DNA of 23,540 bases from Fonticula alba ATCC 38817 (lineage: Eukaryota; Protista; Nucleariida), in the NCBI GenBank assembly GCA_000388065.2, contig KB932205.1. One strand, 5' to 3'. Each line of letters opens with the position of its first letter. Positions within the stretch are counted from its first letter, which is position 1. The notes beneath the pieces are model-generated. The model saw nothing but the letters and a program-made list of their open reading frames with translations. It had not been told where the DNA came from and searched no databases. Positions 11,201 through 19,900 of the stretch are shown here, one piece after another. The position numbers and the translations under genes are program-made.

Positions 11201-12016
11201 CCCGCTCCTGAGCCGGTACGTGGCCGTGTGGCCCTTTTCTTTTTGCCTGTCTGTCCGCCCGTGTCTGTGTCCCTGTGCTGACCCCCCTTGCGGCCTGCTG
11301 TGCGCCCGCCGGTGTTGGGCCACGCCCCCCCGGGCATGCGCGCGCGGTAAATGCCCCCCCCCCCTGGACATGGCGATCGGGCTGCGCAGCTTCAGCCGGC
11401 TGGATGGTCCTCTTCGGACCGGCACCTCGGCGCCGGCGGCTCTGGAGAGTGTCTTCGGCCCGCCGGAGTCCGGTGGTTTGGTGCCCACGGCGGATGTGTC
11501 CCCGGTGGAGGGCCTGTTCCTGCGACTGGACGCCTGCCTGTTCCTGCTGGGCGATGAGACGCTCCCGCTGTCGGAGACGCATGGCGGCGCGACTGTGCGT
11601 TTACACCCCTGCCCTGGCCACCGCCTCGCATGTGCGCCCCCCAGGGCCTGGCTGACCCGCATCTCTATTGACCGCCTCCCCCCCTCCCCCGGCCGCCGGG
11701 GCCGCCGGCTGCCGCGTGTCCTCTTCCTCCTGGCCAGATTCCGGTCTCCGAGCGCCGGAACACCTTTGCCCGGTTGGCGGGCGCGGCTGCGGAGGTTGCC
11801 GCCCGGCTGGGCGCCAGAGCCATGCACCCCCTCGGGGCGTATGGCACGGGCGGCGACCCGCCGGGGGACGGCGCCCTGGCCGGCCGACTGCTATACCGTG
11901 CCGGGCTGCTTCTTCAGCCGGATGGCGCGATCGTGGCCGAGGCGCCGGCCGAAGGGGGCCTGGCCGAGTGGGTCACGCGCATCTGCGAGCTCTTGTCACG
12001 CCAGGAGTCCACATGA
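5068..12016 (+). CDS. GEMIN5: Gemin5 homologue (tandem WD40 propellers plus TPR-like dimerisation module); exons 5068-6161, 6931-8029, 8345-9359, 9550-10536, 10693-11215, 11390-11594, 11738-12016 (~1733 aa)
   Basis: Collinear matches to human Gemin5 as recalled: LPASPNW (5179-5199) ~ LPPSPNW; FAIG/HQNG ~ VAIGYKDG; [13 protein letters not shown] ~ LASGSKDQTIRIW; HNRTIFGL ~ HSRIVFNL; SMDRQ/VIIW ~ SMDRDVKCW; [22 protein letters not shown] ~ PSLGGFAYSL..AIGVGDGMIRVW; [12 protein letters not shown] ~ LAFGTDDGKVGL; [10 protein letters not shown] ~ AIAIAKARL. All six introns are phase-consistent and the CDS totals 5202 nt. The start is uncertain (possible acceptor CAG ending at 5080), and intron 1 spans an N-gap. 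Confidence 0.88.
6258..6840. repeat. (GTGTGTATTTCT)-like minisatellite spanning an assembly gap in Gemin5 intron 1
   Basis: gtgtatttct(gt)n units occur on both sides of N-gap 6324-6783, which likely explains the gap. Confidence 0.85.
8108..8294. repeat. Compound microsatellite (GT)n-(GCGT)n-(CT)n in Gemin5 intron 2
   Basis: Directly visible: tgtgtg..., then gcgtgcgt..., then tctctctc... before the acceptor ending at 8344. Confidence 0.9.
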
Positions 12017-15000
12017 TCTCAATCCCGAAATAGTCCACGCCTTTTTGTTTTCCCTTCTCCCCCTGGTGCGCCACGACCGCCGGCGACGTCGGCGGCCCCC
12101 TGCCCCGCTCGAGGGGAGGCCTGGCCGGGGTCCAGACGGGGGGGGGGCATTGCTTGGTGGAGACACATTTGTGTGGGTGTGCGCGTGCGCGCGTGCGGGG
12201 GAATGAGACCGCGCAAAGGAGGGAGCCGGTCGCGGCCGCCCTCCTCCGCGGCGGTGCATATGGCGCGGGCTGGTTCCTCATCCGGTCAGGAGGCCCTGCC
12301 TGCACCCCGTATCGCGGGGTGCGGGGGGAGATGACTCGGGCCGATCGGCGGGCGTGTGCTCCCCTTTCGGACGCACCTGCCCCCGATGGAGGCCTCCGGG
12401 GGGGGGGGGGGCGAGGGGCGTGTGCGCGCCGGTGCGAGCCCCCGCGACTCCGGGAGACCAGGCCTGGAGGCCGGACGAGATGCGCGAGGGGCCGGGGACA
12501 AAAAGCTGAGGCATTCCCTGGACAGCCGGCGACGCGCGGGTCCCACGCACGACGCGGGCCCGGGGGGCGTCGGGGGGGGGGGCCCCGCCCGGCGCCTGGT
12601 CGGCTCTCATGGGGCCGGATGGAGTTTGGGGGCGGGCGGCAAGGGCAGCAAGGGCGGCAAGGGCGAGGGGGGTTGGGGCGGCGGCCGGCCCTGGCGCGTC
12701 CGAGGGCACCGGGCCTGCCTGCCGGTGCGTCGTGAGCCGGCTGCCCTGCCGGCCCCGGGGCGCGGTGTGTGGCCCGATTGGGGGTGAGCCAGCCCCGCAG
12801 GGTGTGGGCAGTGGGTGGCGACGGGGGCGCGGGTGCGGGCACGCGGCGGGCGGGCCGGGGCACATTCTCCGGGCCCCCGTGCGCTGTGCCGCTATTTTTC
12901 AACACCCCGCGACATTTCCTCGCAGGGGGGCGGGCGGGACCAAATTTGGATTTCTCTCGGGGGATGGCCTCGGGGATTACATAAGAAAAGGCGCGCCCGG
13001 GAGGGAGTGTGCCCGGTGTCCCGCGCGCACGCAGGCCCTGAGTGCGTGGTTGCGCCGCCCCCCCTCCGCGGCTTGGACCGGCGTCCTGCGTTCCCACCCA
13101 TTCCCTGCCGGGTGCTCGGGCGTTGGGGCATCCCTGGCGCTCTCACGGGTCGTGGGTGCGGGGCGCCGCGGGCCGGGGGACTTCCCGGCTCCGAGCGAGA
13201 CGGCCCTGGTGCAGGAACCCCCCCCCCCCCCTGCTGGGCCCCCCGGCCCTCCGGGGGTCCCCAGCAGAAGGCCCCAAGGAGGTGCGGGGCCGCGGGCGTG
13301 GGTGTTGGCTTCGGTGCCGGGGGGGAGCCGGGGGCGCGCGCTTGCACGAGCGAAGCCGCCGCACGCACGCACATTTTAGCGAACCATGTGGCGAGAACTC
13401 GGGGCCATTTTCACGCTCGGGCCGAACTGCCAGTTGTGACGCTGGCAGGGATTCCGGCGATCCTGGTTTAGGGCCCCCGGCCGGCGGCCGCCCTCGCGCC
13501 CGCGCCGGGCGAGCTGTTGGGCGGAGGGGGGGGGGGGCCGGCGACCGCTTGGGCTGGCGCCCGCAAGCCCGGGCACTCGCGGCAACTCCGCCGTCCCTTG
13601 CCGGAGGGGAGGCACGTTGCTGGGGGGGGGGGCTGCCTCCGGGTGTGGGCGAATCCCCGCCAGGCCCTCGGGCGGGGCGGGGGGACAGCGGATTCCTCTG
13701 TTTCAGAATGGCCAGCGCTGGTGTGCCCTGCCAGGCAGCGCTCCCGGCCCGACCCCCCGGCAGAGGGGTTGGGCTGGATTTCACCCGGCTCCCACCTTCG
13801 GGGCGGCGGAGAAACCGGCCGGCGCCCGGGCCAGGACCCGAGACCCAGCGGCAGTTCCCAATGGTCTCCGAGCCATGTCTCGGCCCTGCCAGCGGTGGCC
13901 GGCGCCCGGATGGGGGTGCATGCTTGCGCGTTTGTCCCGCCCCCCCTCCCCCGGCCGGGGGAGGCAGATCGCGGGGCGCCCCCGGCTCGGAGGCCGATCG
14001 GCCCCTGTGCGAGTGTGTGCGTGTGCGCGCGCGGGGCTCGGCCGGGGGCCCCGGGGGGGGGGCGGGGGGGCGGGCGGGCAAGGGGGAGGTGCGGGCGAGG
14101 CGAGGCGAGGCGAGGCGAGACGAAGGGGGGCCCGCCGAGGGGCGCCGGCGCCGGGCCNNNNNNNNNNNNNNNNNNNNNNNNNNNNNNNNNNNNNNNNNNN
14201 NNNNNNNNNNNNNNNNNNNNNNNNNNNNNNNNNNNNNNNNNNNNNNNNNNNNNNNNNNNNNNNNNNNNNNNNNNNNNNNNNNNNNNNNNNNNNNNNNNNN
14301 NNNNNNNNNNNNNNNNNNNNNNNNNNNNNNNNNNNNNNNNNNNNNNNNNNNNNNNNNNNNNNNNNNNNNNNNNNNNNNNNNNNNNNNNNNNNNNNNNNNN
14401 NNNNNNNNNNNNNNNNNNNNNNNNNNNNNNNNNNNNNNCGTGCCCCGCCTCTCCGGCCCTAGGTCCGGGCCTGCGGTGTGCGGGCTCGCGGAGACGGTGT
14501 TTTCATTTTCGCCCCGTTGTGCCGGAGGGCCGCCCCGCGACGGGGAACGCGCCCGGGGCCTGATCGGAAGCCCGCCCGGCGCCCGGAGCCCCGCCCCCCC
14601 CCCAGTGCCGGGATTGTGATCGGTCCGGTCCACGCGGCGGCGGCGGCGGCGGCGGCCTTCGGCCCCGGTGTCCGGCGGCGGTGCGTGGCGCGTCAACTGC
14701 GGCTGTGTATTTGCGCCTCCGGGACTGGAGGGGGGGGGGGCACGGGTGCGTGTGCGACATCCGGCCGGGGAGAATGCCCGGAGCCCTTTCCCGGAAGGCT
14801 GGTAGGTGTGCGCCCGCACGCCGGCGTCGCCAATCCTCCGGCCGCCCTGCTCGCCCGGCGGGGCGGTTCCCGCGGAGCCTGTGACTACTGGCGCGCTGCC
14901 CGACCCGGCCCCCCCCCCCCGGCCACAAGCCCGGAGCGGCCCGCAACCCCCGGGCGTCTGGTCAGAGGTCTTGACTTCCGCGCCCCTGTGGGTCCAATCT

Positions 15001-16055
15001 CCGAGCCCCGGCCGCGGTGCGGGGGGGGTCATGGGGGAGACGCCCCCCGGGCATGGCCCGGTCCGGGGGAGGGCGTGGGGGTGGGGTGCCGGGGGCGCGG
15101 GGGTGGGGGGGGGGGGGTGCCGGCATGTGCACGGGGCGAGGCGAAATATTTCCCTCATCACCAAAGTATGGAGAGGAAGAGCCGCGTCCAGCCATCTCCC
15201 CCAGGTTCTGCCCCCTCCTCCCTTCCTTTCCCCTCCCCTCCCCTCCCCTCCTTGGATCTCCCCTTCCCTCTCGCCTCCTCCCGGTGTGCCGCGTCGCCCT
15301 TTGCCCGACTGCGCGCCCGGCTGCTCCTCCCTTGCCCCCTCCCCTCCCGTCACTCGGCCCTGTCACAGCCCAGCTTTTCTCGGCCCCGTCCTCCCCCCCC
15401 CCATTCCCCCATTGTCTCCCCCCTCGCCCGCAGCTTTGAGCAAGTTCTGCGGCTGAAGATCTCGCGCGCGTGCGCGCCCCTCTCTCCCCCCCCCCCCTCC
15501 CCTTCCCCTCGCCTCTGCTCCGGTTGTGTTGCCTCATCCACAGTAGAGCACGGNNNNNNNNNNNNNNNNNNNNNNNNNNNNNNNNNNNNNNNNNNNNNNN
15601 NNNNNNNNNNNNNNNNNNNNNNNNNNNNNNNNNNNNNNNNNNNNNNNNNNNNNNNNNNNNNNNNNNNNNNNNNNNNNNNNNNNNNNNNNNNNNNNNNNNN
15701 NNNNNNNNNNNNNNNNNNNNNNNNNNNNNNNNNNNNNNNNNNNNNNNNNNNNNNNNNNNNNNNNNNNNNNNNNNNNNNNNNNNNNNNNNNNNNNNNNNNN
15801 NNNNNNNNNNNNNNNNNNNNNNNNNNNNNNNNNNNNNNNNNNNNNNNNNNNNNNNNNNNNNNNNNNNNNNNNNNNNNNNNNNNNNNNNNNNNNNNNNNNN
15901 NNNNNNNNNNNNNNNNNNNNNNNNNNNNNNNNNNNNNNNNNNNNNNNNNNNNNNNNNNNNNNNNNNNNNNNNNNNNNNNNNNNNNNNNNNNNNNNNNNNN
16001 NNNNNNNNNNNNNNNNNNNNNNNNNNNNNNNNNNNNNNNNNNNNNNNNNNNNNNN

Positions 16056-16220
16056 CTCCCCCCCTGATATGTCCCCTATGTCGCTGGTTGGCCAACGCCA
16101 AGCGTCCCTGGCGGACACCGCCCGGTCCTGCCTTCCCCCCCCCCTCCCCCCCTGATATGTCCCCTATGTCGCTGGTTGGCCAACGCCAAGCGTCCCTGGC
16201 GGACACCGCCCGGTCCCTGC
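16056..16220 (+). repeat. Direct duplication (88-bp period) at a contig edge covering the predicted start codon
   Basis: cctgatatgtcccctatgtcgctggttggccaacgccaagcgtccctggcggacaccgcccggtcc occurs with its ATG at 16069 and again at 16157, immediately after the N-gap. Confidence 0.85.
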
Positions 16221-16922
16221 CGCACGGGGCCGCCACCGGCGGCGGCGGCGGCGGCAGCGGCCCCACCGCCGCCCTCGGCGCCACGCAGCAGGAGCTCCTC
16301 CTGCACTTTGACCTGGCCACCGAGCACCTCTACCTGCCGGAGGGTGTGGTCCCGCCGAAGGACCGCCTGCCGCCGGCCAGCGGGGAAGCCGGCCTGACGC
16401 TGGCCTCGACTCGGCGGCCGTTCCCCGGCTCCGGCTCCGGCTCGAGTCTGGTGACCGGCGGCTCCTCCTCCGGGCAGTTCGCGTCCCCCGGCGGCGGGCC
16501 GGCCGTCGGCCTCCAGCGCCTGCTGCCCGGGCCCGCGCCCTCCTCCGAGTCGCACTTCCTCTTCGGTGCCAATGCCGGGCCCGGCCCGTATGCCGACTCG
16601 AGCGCCCTCCTCCCCGGGCCTGGTCTGGCCGACGGGGGTCCCTTTTCGCAGCCGCGCTTCCTGACTCATGGGTGCGTCCCCCCCCCCCCCCCTTGCTATT
16701 CCTCCTTCTCGGCCGCCGCCTGCCCCATCGCTGCTGTGTCTCACATCTGCCCTGCTGACGGCTGGGCCCCTCCCCTGTGCCCCCCTTGTTCGGTTCGGCC
16801 CGCTCCATGCCATGCCACGCCGTGTCGCCTCTTCTCGCACCCCATGCCGGTTGCCGCGTGGCCCGGTCCAGATCCGGCGGCTATCCGACATCCGGCCACG
16901 GGGGCCCCACTCCGACGCCCCC

Positions 16923-16962
<40 letters not shown>

Positions 16963-19900
16963 TACCAGCCGGACGCCCGGGCCATCGGGCCGGTGTCTGT
17001 CCAGCAGCCACCGCTGCCGCCGCCGGCACAGCAGCAGCCCCTCGGCACCCCCAGCCGCGGGGACTTCCACGAGCCTGGCTCTTTCACCCCCTTCGGCCAG
17101 CACCCCGGCTCGGCGCACCAATCCCCCGGCAGCCGGAGCGACTCGTCCTCCCCCCCGCAGCCGGGCGACCTGCACCGGGCCAAGCGCCCGCATGACGCCC
17201 TCCTGCCGGGCCCCGGGCCGGTCATCCACCACGGGCAGCACCATGCCCCGGGCTCGGGAGCCGCGCGCTACATGCCCAGCCCCCATGGCCTCGGACCCGG
17301 CAACACCCCGGGCCCGAGCCCGCACTATGCCGGCCTGCCGTATGCCGGCGGCCCGCGTCCGGTGCCGGCCCCTCTCTCGGAGGAGTATTACCACGGGCTG
17401 GGGGCCGGGCCGGGTCCGTTGGCGGCCGTCCCGCTCGATGTCGGCTTTGCCGGGGCCCGCTCGCCGGGGCAGCACGGCCCGGGGCCCGCCGCCGGGGGGG
17501 GCACCTTCGCCATCGGCACCAACAATGGTCCTGGCCCCGGTGCTTCCCTCTCTTCCGGCCCGGGGGGCTACACCCCGCGGCACTACCTGCCGGCGGGCGG
17601 GGCCTCGGCAGCCGCATCGCCCGTGGTCGGTGGCGACCTGCCCCTGCACAAGCGCCCGCGCGCGGCATCCTTCTCCGGGGGTCTCTCGTCGCCCCGGCGC
17701 CCGGGCACCGGGGTGCTTTCCCACTCGGATGAGGAATCGCCGGTCCTGCCGGCCGAGGACTCCTTCGAGGGCGGTGGCTCGTACGCCCCGAACGGCGGGT
17801 CGGCCGGGCCCCATGGCGGGTACTCGTACCTGCCGCCGCCGCAGTTGCTGGTCGGCGCGCGCTGGCTCCCCGGGGCCGGGGCCTCGTCGGCCCGTGGCGG
17901 CGGCAGCGGCCCCAACTCGCAGTCGGACTCGCGCTCGGCGTCGCCCTTCCCCGGGAGCGGCCCCTCCGGGGGCCGGGGCTCCCCGGCCGGCACCTCGCGC
18001 TCCCTCGTGTCGCGGCTCAATCACAATGCCTCGGAGCGCCGGCGCGCCCACAGCATCAATGATGCCATCACCCGGCTGCGGCAGCTGGTCCCTGGCTGTC
18101 GGTCGTCCCTGGTGACGGACACCGGGGAAAAGATCAGCGGCAATGAGAAGGTCACCAAGTCCGATGTCCTGCACAAGACATGCACCTATGTGGAGGACTT
18201 GCAGCTGGACTATCAGGAACTCCTGGCCCACATCGACCGCATGGGCCGCGAGATGGACCGGCTGAAGGCGCAGCTGGCGGCCGCCCGTGGGGGGGACCGT
18301 GCCGTCACCGGCGCCTCGGCCCAAAAGCCCCCCGGCCGGCAGCATGAGCAGCGGCAGCAGCAGGCCGGCGAGTTGGCCCTGCCGCCGCCGCCGTCGCAAC
18401 AGCAGCAGCCGCAGCCGCAGCCGCAGCCGCAGCAGCCGCAGCACCATCTCCCCGGGCCGCCGTATGATACGGTGTCCTTGCCGGGCGCCGGGGCTTCGCC
18501 GGTCCTGCAGCAATCCCCGAATGCTGGTGGGCCCGCCATGCAGACGCTGGCCCGGTCGTCGGGCATGCATTCGCAGCAGCGCTTCGCCCCGCCCCACATG
18601 TATGCCGGCCACCCGGGCGTGGCGCCGAGCATGTTCGGCTCCCCCCGGTCGCTGTCTTCCTCCTCCTCCTCCTCCTCCTCTTGCTCCTCGGCGGCGGTGT
18701 CCTCCTCCTCCGAGCCGGAGGACGACCTGAACTCGCCGCACATGCCGGGCCCCGGCAGCGGCCACGGCGGTGGCACCGACCACTTCTCCCCGTCCCAGGC
18801 TGATGCCTCCTCCTCCGGGCCACACGGCTTCCCGGTCGGTCCTTCCGTCAGCACGGACGGCCTGTCGCAGCATCTGGCGGCCAGCCCATTTGGCGGCCCG
18901 CCGGTCAGCGGTGCGTTTGCCCTCTCTCCCTCTTTCCTTTCCTTCCTTCTTCCCCCTCGCTCGCCGCGTGCACCCCGCGCGCCATGTGCCTTGCCATTCT
19001 CTTGCATGGCGACTGCCCTGCTCTCATCCTCGCCCTGGGCGGGCCCCCCCTTCTGACGCGCTTTGTGCTGCCATGGATCCCCCCCGGTGCCGATGCTCCC
19101 CCTCCGGCGCTCTTCTCACACACACACACACACACACACTCGACCCACCCCCGGTGCAGATGGCTTTGGCATGGTGGAGGCGTATGGCGCACCCGGGTCC
19201 GGGGCCTTTGGGGCGGATCCCCTGGCCGCGGGTGCCCCGGCGGCCGGTGACGCCACGGCCGACGGCCAGATCAACACGCTGGAGCTGCTGGCCCCGCGCG
19301 AGCGGTCGCACGTTCCCCAGACCACCGGCACGGCCTTCCTGGAGTATGCCTCCTCGGTGTTCATCTTCATCACGGTGTTCATCTACCTGCCGATGGTGTT
19401 CGACCGGGCCACCAACGGCTCGACCAAGGCCGCCCTGTCGTCGGCCATTGTCGGCATGCCGGGCTTCCAGGGGGCCACCGGGGCCGGGCTGGCCGGGGCC
19501 GGGGGCACCTTGGCACACCTGGCCGCCGGGGCCGGCAACAATGGCACGGCCGATGTCCTGGCCGCGCCGGACCAGCTGCCGGGCCTGGTGAACTCGCTGT
19601 CCTCCAGCCAGAACCTGGTCCTGTCGCTGGTGGCCCTGGTGCCGGACCTGTCGGACCCGCTGTTCCCGGTCCGGTCGCTGGTGTACTCGGGGCTGGTGCT
19701 GGCCCTGAAGGTGTCGGTGTCGGTGGTGGTCTTCCGCCTGCTGCTGCTCCGGGCCACGGTCAATCTGTCCTCCTTCTCGCAGATGCGCCAGCGGGCGGAG
19801 CGCGCGCGTGCCCTCCGCCACCGGGCCGACGCTCTGGTCTCGGCCGGCAGCATCAACAAGGGCCGCGAGCTGTATGCCGAGGGGCTGGAGCTTCTGTGGG

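Noticed and set aside
12776-12788. SRE-like/CCAAT-like motif (reverse CTCACCCCCAATC) suggesting autoregulation
   Set aside because: It has an extra C relative to TCACNCCAC, such matches are expected by chance in C-rich DNA, and the protein lacks the SRE-reading Tyr.
12154-15553. ORFs of 130-730 aa in the region upstream of the SREBP-like gene
   Set aside because: They are low-complexity translations of G/C runs with no recognisable domain or consistent exon structure. A gene hidden partly in the gaps cannot be excluded.
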